This document shows positions 26,659 to 39,732 of a stretch of DNA of 64,000 nucleotides, one piece after another; position 1 is the first letter of the stretch, and each line of letters opens with the position of its first letter. The stretch lies in the NCBI GenBank assembly GCA_028534125.1, contig CM052817.1, positions 95,606,001 to 95,670,000 of the forward strand, read 5' to 3'. The notes under the pieces were generated by a model. It made no database searches. It was not told where the DNA came from and saw only the letters and a list, made by a program, of their open reading frames with translations. The translations under genes were made by a program, and so were the position numbers. This stretch comes from Lama glama (lineage: Eukaryota).

Positions 26659-26807
26659 TTTTTCTTTAATTTTGCGGGGGGGGGAGAGAAGGGGGAGGTA
26701 ATCAGGTTTATTTATTTACATTTTTTTAAAAAGGAAATACTGGGGATTGAACCCAGGACCTTGTGCATGCTAAGCACGCACTGTACCAATGAGCTATATC
26801 CTCCCCC
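26659..26807 (-). mobile_element. tRNA-derived SINE (camelid Vic-1-like)
   Basis: ggggattgaacccaggaccttgtgcatgctaagcacgcactgtaccaatgagctatatcctccccc; TSD ccctcaatt(c/t)ca(t/c)tttg. Confidence 0.88.
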
Positions 26808-27761
26808 TCAATTTCACTTTGGATGAGATTGTTTAGCTGATTTTTCTGAAATGGGCCCAGATATCAATATTTTATATAAAAGTCAATGCCAGTTTCCCTG
26901 TTAACTTTCTTGTCCTCGGTTAAAAAGGTAATCTGTACCGAAAAAAAAACACAGCTTTAATGGCACTCGTGTTCACTGTTCCTCCCGAGGACTCCTATTC
27001 TTGAATGATTTTATTTATTTACTTATTGTAAGAAAAGAACCCTGGGTGGCAGGTCAGGGGATGGGGGTGGAGCAGAGCGGCCAAGATTACAGATGACTGT
27101 GAGCCTCTGACCTGAAGACAACCCTGCCCGTCTGAAACAGCAAGTTCCCTATTCAGGCTTAAAAGGGACACAACAGAGAAGCCCTCTTCTGACCCCAGTG
27201 GGCTAGGCCTGGAGACCTGGTCATCCATCATGTTGGGGACACGTTTTCAAAGAAAGAAGGACTGTTGTGAGTAAAACGTCAGTGAATCGCTATACGCTGG
27301 CCAGCTTCAGCCCGGGTATTTATCTACAAATGGAGATGGCATTGCAGATTCAGCGGGTTTCTAAATGGGGCTTGTGGGCAGATGGAGAGCCAAGACCACT
27401 CCATCATTCTGCTGCCCGCATAGGCACTAAGTTTTCTTTAATTTTTGGAGGTGACAAGAAAGCCGAGGTGTGCTGCTTTCACATCACTGACATGGCTGCA
27501 CACTCCGCTGGTGCTGATCACGTAGAATCTTCTTGGCAATCAAATATCAATTGAACATGTTGTTAATTCTGTAAGGTGTGCAATGGTATTCTTTAGTTTT
27601 TAGAGGTACATATATATATATCTCAAAGAATGGGGAAGTGAGTGTTACGTCTGAGATGTGATTTAAAATCAAAGGAGTAAAATATTGGTGAAGTAAGCGT
27701 GGCCCATATTTGTCCAATTGCAGGGATGGAGATTCGGTGGTTTATTACATTATTCCTTCCA

Positions 27762-27908
27762 TTTTAAAAAAATTTATTTATTTTGGGGTTTTTTTGGAGG
27801 GGTAATTAGTTTCTTTTTTTACTTTATTTTCCATGGAGGGACTGGGGATTGAACCCAGGACTTCATATGCTAAGCACGCTCTCTACTACTGAGCTATACC
27901 CTCCCCCC
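27762..27908 (-). mobile_element. tRNA-derived SINE (camelid Vic-1-like)
   Basis: actggggattgaacccaggacttcatatgctaagcacgctctctactactgagctataccctcccccc; TSD-like cttcca(t/c)ttt. Confidence 0.88.
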
Positions 27909-28169
27909 ACTTCCACTTTCTTTTGAAATCAATATCAACAATCAAGCAAAAAGTCCAACTCAGACAAACCACTAGACAAAATAAGAAATGACAATTAAAA
28001 AAAATACCAAAGGGCAAATAAAAATGCCTCCTCATGAACAAAATGCTGGATATCACGAAGAATCAATAAATGAAAAAGTTTTAATTGTAAGGTATAATTT
28101 TTTAGCTCCCAATGGGTAAAAGAAAGGTTAATGATAAAGCACAAAGACCTGTAAAATATTTCCTCTCTC

Positions 28170-28645
28170 ATTAGCTTCTGGTAAAATTGCAGATTCAACC
28201 TTTCTGAAAGTCAAGTAGACAATTCATAGCAAAAGCCTGAAAACTGAATGCTTTTTTGAGTCAGTTTATCCCAGCACTGTTTATATTAGCAACAACTTGG
28301 GAAAACCAAACCAAACCAAACCCTTGCTATCCAATAACAGGAGGCTGATTAAATAAATTACGACACATGCAAACATTAAAAGAATAACATTGGGTTAAGT
28401 TTACTGACATGGAAGGAAGTTCTTAATATATTAGTAGGTCAAAGAGAAGATGATAAAACTGTGTAAGTGGTAGGATCCAATTATAATAGGAAAGTATACA
28501 TTTATAAACAGATAAAAATTCAGCCAGGATACAAACCACCACCTTTAGCAGTGGCTGCCTTTGGGTAGCAGGGTTGATCGTAAGCGATTATTTCTTCTCC
28601 TATTGTCTCCAGAAATAAAAGTTATTTTTAAAACTTAAAAAAAAA
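28170..28645 (+). mobile_element. Old L1 (L1ME-like) 3' relic
   Basis: cagcactgtttatattagcaacaacttgggaaaacc...tatccaataacaggaggctgattaaataaatta resembles the L1 ORF2 end and 3'UTR. Confidence 0.55.
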
Positions 28646-30029
28646 AGGATTAAGATTTACAGTTTGGGATCCTTTAAAGAGACTCTTGGTCTTTAAAGAG
28701 TAAGATGAGGGATGATATATTTGAAAGCAGTTGTAAAAGATACAGGCAGGGGCAACTGTATCTAAATTCTGAGCCCATTAATATCCGTCAATGCAGTTGC
28801 AGAAGGCTCAAAGCTACAGAAGAAAAAGGCTGTTTAAAATAGTGTAGAAGAAAAGTAGAGCATTTTAGGAAGAAATATATTTTGGCAACATCTTCTAGTT
28901 TTCTTCTCCAAATGCCTTCTATTGAGGGCTGTCCTCAAGGCAGGCCAATCCGTACAACCTAACACCAAGTTTTCAAGGAACCATTCCCATTGCTGCAGCT
29001 CGAGCATTCATCCTCCGCGGAGCCAGGAAACTTCTCAGGACAGGGAGCACGGTGCCAGGCCTTGTCGGGGCCGCTGAGGCGGGGAGGCCAGGCCCTGGGG
29101 AGCCAGAGCCAAGCGCAGGCCACGGAAGTAAACCTGCACGTCCGGACCCGTGAAATGTCAGCTCGTGGAAAGACCTGGATCTCCCGCAGGAATCTGACTT
29201 TATTCATAAACAAGGACAACGGGCTTCTGCCGAGGCGAGCAGAGCAGAGAGGAACTCGGTCTTCCCTGCAGTGAGGCAGGGCCCTCTGTCCCGTGGCAGC
29301 TGTAGGTAACAACAGTGAAACGCGGATGGTCTTGGCCTGCTGCAGCATCCGAGAGGGCCTTTCAACCCTAGACAGAGGTCAACCCTTGAATATTGGAGAT
29401 ATTTCTAGTAACAACCATGGAGATACCCTTGAGCGAAAATCCCAGATTAGAAGAACAGGACTGAAGCCGGCACCTGAGCCACATGTCACATGTCACCGCT
29501 GCATGACCTGTCAAAGGAGGATGTCTATGTACAGAGGCTTACAAATTTACACCTCCCTCCTGACTGCTCTGAGTTACACAAACAGATGGACCACTGTTGT
29601 AAGCCAGTGGAAATAAAGGTGGGAGAGCCCATGGAAATGAAGAAAAGAGAGGCACGGTCCTCTTCAGATCCTTGAGAAGGGGATTTAAATTGCCTTTTCA
29701 CTGTAACAAATATTAAACAGTTCTGAAAGCATACTGTCTCAACGATAATGGCTCAATGGAGAGGTCATAGATGGGAGGAAAAATGGACGTGATACCTACA
29801 GGACTATGGCAAATAGGAATAAAGTACTGAGGAAGGTTTGGTGAAATAAGCAGGAAAAAACCTCAAATGGCAGCAAGGTTGTTTAAGGCTATATGTATTT
29901 AAAAAAAAATCCATTATTTAAGGATGAGTTTTAACTTCTCTGAAAAATGAAAACTTAAAAATAAGTTGAAAAGGATAAACTGCCAATGAAAAGATTCTCC
30001 AGTCAGAATTTGTGTCTGGGCAGCTGCAG

Positions 30030-30900
30030 ACAGTGGTGCAGGCTGTGCACTGCACAAAAGCATCCCACTTGGGGTGGAGTGGGGGCTACTTAACATTAGA
30101 GACTTCAAAGATTTACATATTTATTATGACAGTATTCCAGTAGATGGCAGTATCTTGAAGAAGGGCATTTAAGAAAATTTGCAATGGCCCCCCTCAACAG
30201 CCTTGACTTCACCAAAAAAGCACGGGACGTCCCAACTGCAGAGACTCCATGAAATTAGTAGCAATTTCCATTTTTGAGAAACAAAATTCTGTGCATTTAA
30301 TTTTCAAGTTACAAAATATAAACAGTAAAGAGAATATACGGAGAGCTACTCAGAAATCACCAATTTCATTTGCTCTGTTTCCTGTTTATTTTCTTAATTG
30401 CTGCTGTCTAATCCAGTGTTCTTTTTATGTAATCTTTTACTTTTTAAGGGAATGGAGCATTGTTCTCTTACGTCTTCAAAAAAAATGAAGGGGGGAAATT
30501 GCACAAATTGAAGCAACACATCATGCTCTTACAAATTTGTGCAATTTCTATTACTGAATCATAAATATTTAAGGACAGACATCCAAATCATCACACAGGA
30601 AAATTCTGTATTGGATGCTTCCAAGCACATATGTCTTTTAGTAAACATTGTAAGTGCCATTATCTAAATCATAGAAAAATAGCCTGCATTTCAAATTCTG
30701 AAAATTGGGCAAATTAAATGTTGGTAAGCACAGCATGATACAAAGTCTAGCTTTCTGATTTTCCCAGTTCTGTTTTTTGTCGAGCAATGGAGAAGAGAAC
30801 AATTCAGGTAAACAATTCCTTGCTTTCAGAATAAAGCAAGCCAGGTGTGAGAAGTTTTTCTTATAGGCCTGCAATCTTATATCCCCATGGACACTGAAAT
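30030..30900 (-). mobile_element. Degraded hAT-Tip100-like (Arthur/Zaphod group) element with transposase remnant
   Basis: Terminal-like tgcaggctgtgcactgcacaa; minus-strand peptide VIEIAQICKSMMCC (about 30513-30554) resembles the hAT dimerisation-domain motif EIALRIxLSMMV. Confidence 0.4.
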
Positions 30901-33339
30901 ATTAATGGGAAGAGAGAGAACAAATAACCAAGAGAGGGTTCTTGGCAGCCTTTTGTTTGAAGTTCACGGTGTTACACAACATTGAGCATGTCCAATTCAC
31001 CTGCCAGGAGCTATCTGGTTCTTACTCTAGAGTTCCATTTTCCTATCTCCATCTTATCCAGCATCTGGCTGGGTGATGGTCCATGTCAGAAGATGTAGAT
31101 CTTCTTTTTATTCCATTAAACTTTGGGATCTGGTTATGATATCACACCTCATATATTTTCATGTACAAATGATATTAGCTGGGTATCTGTGCCCTGCAGA
31201 ACATAGGGTTGTGCTGGGAGAGGAAGTAGAAAAATCAAGATTGTATTCGTCTCAAGCATTCAGTCCTTCTGTTCTCAAGGGTCTGGGAGGACTGTCTCCC
31301 CATCTCATCTGTCAGGTAGAACGACGTTAAGAACACTTAGCCCATGTGCTCTCTCAGAGGGGGTGCACAGACTTCTTTACACTTAGATTAAATTTCTGAG
31401 ACTCTAAGGTTAAACAGGCAAAAGAGGACTGCGATTTTAGCACTTACAGTGAAGTTCCAACTAAAGGATTGATTCAGTGGAGGTGCCCTTAGGAAGGCAC
31501 AAACAAGGGTGAAAGGTCAAGGCATTGGGGAGCAGGACCACATGATCCAACCATCCTGGCTGCTAAGAAGACTGACGTCTCTGCCTGGCCACATGGTGGG
31601 TTGTTTTCTCCTTTCCTTTTGGGAAATGATCCTAATTTAAGCAGCTGAGTCTAAATTCTTAGGATGGAAAAAAAAAAAAGGCATTCTCAAACCAGTTCTT
31701 TAAATGATGTTTGGAGTTTGTTTCAAAATAATCTAGGGGGAGGAAGAACAAAAGGAAGGGCCAGATGAAACAACATGGGTCATAAACTGATCATTGTTCA
31801 AACTCGGTGATGGGTACGTTCTCTACTTTTGTATATGTTTGAAATTTTCCATTGGAAGGGTTTTAAATAAATGAGGTCAAGGGTCACTGATCCGGAATCC
31901 TGCCTGTTGTTAGTTTCAACCTTTAGCTTCACCTAAACCTTTTTTTCAAAAACGGCTAACAAGGAATGCTGTCCAACATTTTCTCTTTCCATATCTCCCC
32001 ATCTTATTAATGGAGGTATTAACAAACAGCAGAATCACAGATGGACAGCCCGTGATGAGAGAGGAGTGGATGAGGAGGGAGGTGTGATCAGCAGCTCTTA
32101 GGGGACAGGGAGTCACCTGTGCACACATCCACGGGCTTCCAGCTGCCCTGGTGCTGGGGCATGGAGACCAGCACCCCCACATCCCACCGGTAAGCACATA
32201 CTGGGATGCCAAGCTACAGAGTGTTTCCTCCTGGGTTGCTACACTTTTTCTTCGTTCTTGCAGTTGGAATGAGAGGCAAGGTCGATACGATAAACTATGG
32301 AGGGAGCGGTGGGATGATAAAGGACAGGGAGAGAATCGGAGAGACCTTCTTTCTTCATCGTTGCACATCTCTCCTCTCCCCTGGTTCCCCTAGATATCCA
32401 GACCCCAGGAGCAGATCTCACCGCATGGAGGAGCTCAGGCACCCGTGGGTATTTGGCAGTCCCAAGGCTGCCCTTCACTAGTATGCTGTCTTAGGTGCAT
32501 CTAGCAACTCTTAAACACGGACGATTCCAAACCTGGATTCTAATCATGAGTCACCAGACAGTCGGCTTCTTCCAGGAAATCAAACTTGGGAAATCTGATA
32601 ACTAACCAAACATCCTACTAAGTTCCCTAAAAATCTGGAGAGATGGAAATCTGGATGCTTGATGTAAATCTTTTTGGAAAATATCACAAATCACACCTTA
32701 GAACATAACCCACGTTAGCTGACCTTGTGCATACAAATTACGAGTGCCTTTTGTATTCGTATCCAGGAATCAAAAATGAAGAGAGAGAGCTGGCAATTCC
32801 CCCCCTCGTATTTCTGCTATCAGTTAACGCAGGTGAAAGAGGGTTTCCTGGCACAAAGCAGCATGATTCTCTTCCCCCTGAAGTAACGAGGTGAGAAGGT
32901 AAAAGGAGACATCTATTTGAAGAGAGGCTAATCCAGATAAGTTGCCTCCTCAAAGGAAAAATAAAAACACACCAAGTATTCTGTAGCGGAACAATAAACC
33001 GAGAAGTCTGTGGCACTGATTTCTGAACGTTTATATCATGTGGGGAGCGGGGAGGCGCTCACGGGAAGCACCTCTTCCTCTGCTTTGGGCAGAAGATCTG
33101 GTTCGGATTTCTTCTTACTCATAAGCTCCCAGCAACAGGAGAATTTAAGGATCGCTTCGTCTTTTGCCAAATAGCTAAAAAAAAAAAATTATCTTCTATC
33201 CTATAATTATGCTCCAGTCCCAGCCAAGGCAATTTAGGCCATGAGGCACATTTCACTTGTTTGGGGCTAGTTCAAACCTCTCCTTACCTCTTCCCAGAGA
33301 ACACCTGAAAAGCATAAAATAACATGGTCTTGCAGCATA

Positions 33340-33809
33340 CCTTTCTGTAATATAAATATTATCATGTAATCCTAAAGAGCCGGCAGAAAACCTCCACAGG
33401 AGATGCTGCCGGCATCCCGCCCCCATCCCATTCACCGCACTAGCACGCTCACCCTGCGGTGCTGGAAGCACTGGCTGCCAACAGTGAGAACTGTCCCCAC
33501 CTGGGAGCCCCCTCACCTGGGAGGCTACACACCCACATTTGCTGCTGAAGGTGGTGGATAATAAGGGGGTACAAAGAGCTGGCCCCGTTGCAGGCAAGAT
33601 TTACTCTGTGGTGTAATTCATGCTCCAGAATTCTCTGCAGGATCGACCTGGAGCTAGAATCCAGCTAAAAAACACATCCTTGCTCAGTTCTCCTTCCCTC
33701 TCCTGCCCCACTGCGTCCCTGTGGGTTTCTCTGCGAGCACGCCCTCAGTACAACACCTGCCCCCAGATCCCCTTTTGGGCTCTGCTTCGAAAGAGCCTGA
33801 CCTGTGACA
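33340..33809 (+). mobile_element. Ancient ERVL-type LTR (LTR16-like)
   Basis: Ends ...ttgggctctgcttcgaaagagcctgacctgtgaca, an LTR16-type 3' terminus ending in CA. Confidence 0.55.
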
Positions 33810-35241
33810 TGTCAGGAAGCAAATTAAAATGAGCACTTATTATTTTCAGTCTGCCGTCTTTCAGTGTCTACCCCTCTGGCCAACTCCATGTATTTAGACC
33901 CACAGACACAAGCATAGATACTAAATAAATAGCCTTAAGATTACATGAAGAAGATAGGCAGGAATCTATAGTAGCTCACATCTCCTATTTGGGCATCAGG
34001 TTTAATAGACAGAATCACCTTTCCATCCCCCAGGCCCATTTCCCAACACAAGGCACAGACCAGATCCCAAGACTCGTTTCCCATTTGTGTACTTCTGTGC
34101 AGAGGCAAGGCTCACGTCACCCTTGTGTTCTGTTAGAGGGAGGTTCTGTCCCTAACACGACTTAAACCCTGTGTGAAGCAAGCTGGCTCTGTTTTAACCA
34201 TTGTTTGATATTTGATCATTCCCCAATTCCAATTCTTAGAATTAAAAAGAAAAAGCAACTCAGGTTAGGGTTCAAAGGAGCACCATTCACATGTCAGAGG
34301 ATGCTCTAAGGTCAGTTTGCATCACATCCAAAAGAGAAATGCCATTGATCTTCAGTGGCAGGAATTAAAAACAAAACCAATCAACGGCTCCCCTAAGGAA
34401 GAATCTGAGTTTGCTCAGGAAAGCAAGGGCCCTTGACTTAAAGCCTTCCAGGCAGGAGACTGCCTCTCCTCTGAGCTTTTCCGCAGCGGTGGGGTCGGGG
34501 CTTGTTGACACTTGCCTGCCACGGGTCCGGCCCGGGTGGTCACGGGGGCTAGGGAAGAGGGGCCAGCTCCGGCCCGCCCTCTTCCATAGAGCAGCCCGCC
34601 CTGGCTGACCTCCTCCAACTGCCTTTGGCAAATGGAAAGCAACCTTACCTATTGGTGGTAGTGGAATCAGCTTTCCAGTAAGTTTCAAAAGCACTGTGTT
34701 TCTCTTGCTTTTTAAATGTTTGCCCTCCTACCAATGCTGGGAGCGAAAAAGTTGGGGTATCCCTGGTGATGACAATGACCTGCCCACAGCTGCACAGCTA
34801 CTCAGGAAGAGAGCTGCAGGGAGAACCTAGGTCTGCAGATGGAGGGAGGCTTTCCTGAGACGCAGACCCAGCTCCCAGGCACAGCCGTGCTGCCTACATA
34901 CACTCTCAAGTCACAAAACCTCTGCCAAGAGAGTAGTATCTCCTTCGCGAAATTATTGGAAGGAATGAAAAACAAGGGCATCAGGAAAAACCCCCAGAAG
35001 GTGACGCCCATTAGAGGTTTGATGACTGTGAGTGGCCTTCCCCCTTGGTGTCCTTTGCTTTCTGTATTGTTTCCACCAAAGTTCACAGACAAAACAGAGG
35101 TGGAGGGGTTGTGACTCTTCAAACCCAGTGGGAGAGAACGGTGTGAGGACAGCTGTTCAACACACAACGGGGGCCTGAGGGTCCCCACCGGGCAGGGCGG
35201 GGGTGGGGGCGGCGGTCAGAGGGGACCCCACAGCTGCCTAC

Positions 35242-35299
35242 CTGGTGGTCGTCCGGACGGTGTTTTCTTTTGTGTGATTGTGCTCTTTGCTCACCTTTT
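35242..35299 (-). CDS. ZNF827: ZNF827 small coding exon, 58 nt, phase 1-2: (E)KVSKEHNHTKENTVRTTT(S)
   Basis: Acceptor tgctttctccttacag|AA, donor CCAG|gtaggc. This frame is not in the ORF track; found by reading. G+AA=Glu joins the previous exon. Confidence 0.92.
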
Positions 35300-37667
35300 C
35301 TGTAAGGAGAAAGCATGAAACGGACACCTCTTAGGTGGTGCTTACTCAATTCGCGTTTTTAAGGCTGCAGCAAAAACACCCTCAACATTTCCCTTTCTCT
35401 CTTGTGGTTTTCTTCTGGTTTCTTTTTAAAACATTCAGACCCTTCTTATCTTACCGGTAAAGACAGTCACCCAAAGCACGTCGGTGGCATCTACTGAAAT
35501 AGTTTATTAAAAACCGATCCAAGGGGAAAGAGTTACTAACGAAGTACAAGTGTGCTGTCTGATTTTAATCAAGCCTCAGTAAGCGCACACACACACACAC
35601 AGATGCGCACAGAGAGAGTCATTTCTCGTATATTTCTCCCCGGCTGAAACTTTCTGCTTTCCTCTGATTCAGCATGAAAACTGCAGTTGTGGGCAACCGT
35701 TCCGCTTCTGACTTTGATGATAACCTTTAAGCATTCTATATTGTCAGGCCCCTGTGTGAGATGGGATATAAAAACAGCCATAAGACCTCTGGGTGCGACA
35801 GGCATTGAGCGCTTGTTCTGATAAATGTCACGAGGGACAAAAAAAATATCATTAGACAAGAGGAGGGAAACTCTCCCTGACTCTGTCTTGAGGTCTGTAT
35901 CTACCAGCTGTCAGAAATTATTTAATTAGCTTTCAGGAACACGAAAGCTCAACTCTGGCCTTCCCCATCCAGTTCAAATGTGAGGATTCTGCCCCGACTG
36001 TCACAGTGCTCAATGGCTTCTTTTAAGTCTTCGGAGGATACCTGGCCAGCTGGACAAGGGTTTCAGATTTCAGTGGCAGGGCAAGTGAAAAACTCCTCAT
36101 CTTACGGGATTTGGAGAAAAATTTAAACACAGATTTATGCTGTCTGGTGCTTTTTAACACTAGCCTAAAGCTGCTGTGTGCCTGTTTGTGGGGACGACAA
36201 CTTTCTGTCCACTCAGCGGTGACAATGAGGGTTAACTTGGATTCACAGGCACGGTTCTTTCAGAGAGCAGGAAATCGGGGCTAAATGACTCGCCTGAGGT
36301 CACCTAGGCACTCAGTGACAGTGCCAGGGGGAGAACTCTCAGACACAAAGTTTTTAGCTGATAGTAGACCATGATAAGGTACTGTCAGAGGCAGAGACTT
36401 TCTGAAAAGAGCCACGCTGGCCTCACTTGTGCAAATCCGAACTGCCAAATCATGTTCAAAGTTGTATTGTCTTGAGAGATGCTTTTAGTCTGTTTTGAGA
36501 AAAAGAAAAGCATCTTGCATGTTAGAAGCTCTTTTGGAACTTGCAAAGGTCTATGTGGCCTATTAAGTTGACTGATGAACTGTTTCCACCTCTCTGGGCT
36601 CTGCACAAACACGGTCCTTGTTTGAGAACCAGAGACTATTTTCAGCATCGACCAATAGCTTCACAGCTACGGGTGGTGTCTGAGGCCAGTGAGAAGGGGG
36701 ACTATCACGATGGCACGCAGATTCCAGCCTCTTTCCTCTTTTCTGGTATTTTTCTTAGAGGAGAAGAGTCAATCCTCAAATAATGAAGCATTTAATGGGT
36801 GTTTTTAAATTTGTTACCCATAACAAAATAGAGTTTATCAAATATTAGTAACAATTAGTACTGATGCCCAAGCATCAGTATGGGAGGCCAGTGCCTGACC
36901 AAGAACAAAGTATCTGTATTTCTACATAAATTTGAACCTTACGTGTCTATTTCACCCATCTCGATCATGGTAAAACGGTAATAGCATATTACATTTGACA
37001 AGGACAAAGAAGACGCAGCTTGAAAGAGGTAACAAAGGGAACAATTTAGGTACTAAGACCCTCCCGTACTCTATCAGGACGCTGAGCTGGTCATTAATTC
37101 TGACACTTCAAATCCCAAATATTCGAAGGAGAAAAAGTTGGTTTACAGCAAATGTTCTACTAAGGTTATACTTGGCTGGAAAAGAAACCTCACGGTTTCG
37201 TCTTTTGCTTTTCCTTTTCCTGGATTTTTTTTTTTTTTGGCAAGATGCAGAAAAATCTCATTAATTCTGACCACACTAATTTGGAATTCACGGTAATTCA
37301 GTCACTGTTGGAGTACATTGAAGTTTATCTTTTGCACATTAGGAAAAAAAAAAGCTGTTAATCAGATCAACTGCCTAAACAAAATTAGAGGTGAGACGTT
37401 CAGCCCAGTCAACGGAGATCATTTGCACAGAATTGAATAGAGTTCTAATTTCAAATGATTCTTCACTATTTATTAAAGAAAGTTTGGCAGGATTTCTACT
37501 TGGCAACATCTGATTAACTGTTCGTTGGAGTGGCAGTATACGTGTTCAAGTAACAAAACGGATTTCCGTCTAAAAGAATTTTATAACGCAGGTGTTTTTA
37601 CTTTGTGACAGTGGCTTTCCTTCCAATGACTCCCGGTTATTGACATTTTTGCCGCTCGTAAACGTAC

Positions 37668-37907
37668 CTGACAGTTGAAAAAGAAGCTCAGAAGCCATCT
37701 TCACAGAGATATCCTGACTGAAGAGGTTCCTCTCTGGGGGCACCCTGCCTTCTGGCAGCTTCTGTAAGGGTTCGGTTTTCTCTCGCCCGATTAAAGTGCT
37801 GTAGCCAACATTCCGGCTGGGTGAGATCGAGGCATGCGAGTCCTGGATATCAACCTCCATGGGTTCCTCTTTAATCTTCACCATCTGAGTGTCCTTGTAG
37901 CTTTCCG
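37668..37907 (-). CDS. ZNF827: ZNF827 internal coding exon, 240 nt, phase 1-1: (A)ESYKDTQMVKIKEEPMEVDIQDSHASISPSRNVGYSTLIGREKTEPLQKLPEGRVPPERNLFSQDISVKMASELLFQLS
   Basis: Acceptor ttcctcttcattcacctgcttgcag|CG, donor TCAG|gtacgt; within ORF 37570..37983; in frame with the upstream exon (G+CG=Ala). Confidence 0.95.
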
Positions 37908-38079
37908 CTGCAAGCAGGTGAATGAAGAGGAACAAAAAACACCAGAGTTTCTTAATTCTGAACCAAACCCAGTTTCTGATCACAGAACCACGAGGACTGT
38001 GTCAGGGAGTTGTTTAGAAGAAAGCGCCCCGGGCACACTGAACACAGTTTGAAAAACTTCCGGTCGAGCCCATTCCGGT

Positions 38080-38200
38080 TTCTCGCAAAGGTAGGAAACC
38101 AAAGCTCAGCGGAATCAGGTGACTTGCCCAAGGCCACACAAACGGCAGCAGAACCAGGCCTAGGTCTCCAGATGCAGAACCAGGTGTCTTGACCAGGGCC
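38080..38200 (-). mobile_element. MIR fragment
   Basis: ggaaaccaaagctcagcggaatcaggtgacttgcccaaggccacaca is the reverse MIR core. Confidence 0.7.
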
Positions 38201-38855
38201 TCCTGACCACACCCACACACCCCTTCCTCTCTGCCAGGCTGCTCCCAGAGCTTACAAAGAACATGGCAAACTTCTGTCCTTGTTTTATAACGTACCCAAC
38301 TGCAGCGAATCAAACTAGAGCAAGTCTACTCAGACTACAATTTTCTCCCTCTATTTTTAAAGCTCTGATCAATTTTTTTTCCTTCTCTTCTGGGTCACCT
38401 AAATTAATAAAGGATAAGGAGGGTTGATTCAACTGAGACATTTATACCTTGCTGGGAGCTAGCTAATCCTCAAGACCACCTAGGACGTTAATTGCAGCCC
38501 ACGGATTAACACTTAGAAAAACAGCAATCTTACAAGTTATAATAGCCGTTCAATTCACTGACCACTCTTGCTTTAGGTGTGGCTATTGAATGTTTGGTCT
38601 TTCGCCTGAAACATGCATTTACTTTGCGAGGCAGGAGCGCCTTTATGTGCACATGCTCCTTACAGCTAATGAGACCTTTGAAACAAGGTGGGACAATTAG
38701 CCCAGCCTTTGAGTCGGGTCACTTTAAAATAAGGCCACACTCTCAAATCAGCCAGTACTTATTAGTAACTATAGTGTCCTCTGCACTCCAGAAAACACAA
38801 AAACTAAAATGAACTTAGGTATATAGTTGACTGATAGATAGGTACACAGATAGAG

Positions 38856-39631
38856 AGTGGTGGGTTGAATGATGGCCCCCTCAAAGAGATACGTCTATGT
38901 CCTAACCCCAGGAACTCGTGAATGTGACCTTATTTAGAAAAAAAGGTATTTGCAGATATGATTAAGTTAAGGGTCTCAAGATGCGCTCATCTGGGATTAT
39001 CCAGGTAGGCCCCAAATCCAATGACAAGTGTCTGTATAACAGAAGAAGACAAGACAGATCCAGTGGAAAAGGCCATGTGAAGACAGAGCCAGTGCCAGAG
39101 GCTGAATGTTTGGGTCCCTTCCCCCAGATTAATATGTTGAAACCTAATCATCAATGTGATGATTTTTAGAGGTAGGGCCTTTGGGAGGTGATCAGGTCAT
39201 GAGGGAGGAGCCCTCATGACTGGGGTTAGTGCCTTTGTAGAGAAGACCCCAGAGAGCTTCCTTGACCCTTCCTCCATGTGAAGTCACAGTGCAAAGTCAC
39301 CTGCCTATGAATCAGGAAGAGGGCCCTCACCTGACCATGCGGGCCACCCTGATCCTGGACTTCCAGCCTTCGGAACTGAGAGAGGTACATTTCTGCTGTT
39401 TACAAGCCATCCAGTCTGTGATGTTCTGTTACAGTAGCCCGAACAGACTAAGACAGGTAGACTGGAGTTTTACAGCCACAAGCCAAGGATTGCTTGGAAC
39501 CACCAGAAAATGGAAGGAGTAAGGAATGATTCTCCTCGAGAATCTTCAGATTTCAGGTTCCTGGCCCCCAGGCTCTGAGGGAATACATTTCTGTTGTTTT
39601 AAGCTACCAAGTCTGTGGTAATTTGTGATGG
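38856..39631 (+). mobile_element. MaLR LTR (MLT1C/D-like) interrupted by a second MaLR LTR
   Basis: gtggtgggttgaatgatggcccc...gaatgtgaccttattt...aatacatttctgttgttttaagctaccaagtctgtggtaatttgt. Confidence 0.85.
39093..39455 (+). mobile_element. Nested MaLR LTR (MLT1A-like), 363 bp
   Basis: TG...gactaagaCA termini; gggcctttgggaggtgatcaggtcatgagggaggagccctcatg; flanks gccag/ggtag fit a decayed 5-bp TSD. Confidence 0.85.
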
Positions 39632-39732
39632 ATGGATAGATGAATGGACAGACGGACAGACAGATAAACAATAAGAAACAATTTAAAGTAGGTGCTGATC
39701 TGTGAGACAAGAGATATACAAGGGAAAGTCTC

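Noticed and set aside
28990..29300. GC-rich patches (also about 34480-34610 and 53040-53230) as CpG-island promoters or extra exons
   Set aside because: Short, with no convincing splice-site pair found; the four exons already join in frame without them.
36859..36880. Perfect 9-bp hairpin TACTGATGC-CCAA-GCATCAGTA
   Set aside because: About one such stem is expected by chance in 64 kb; too short for a pre-miRNA, and the TGATG resemblance to a C box has no supporting snoRNA structure.
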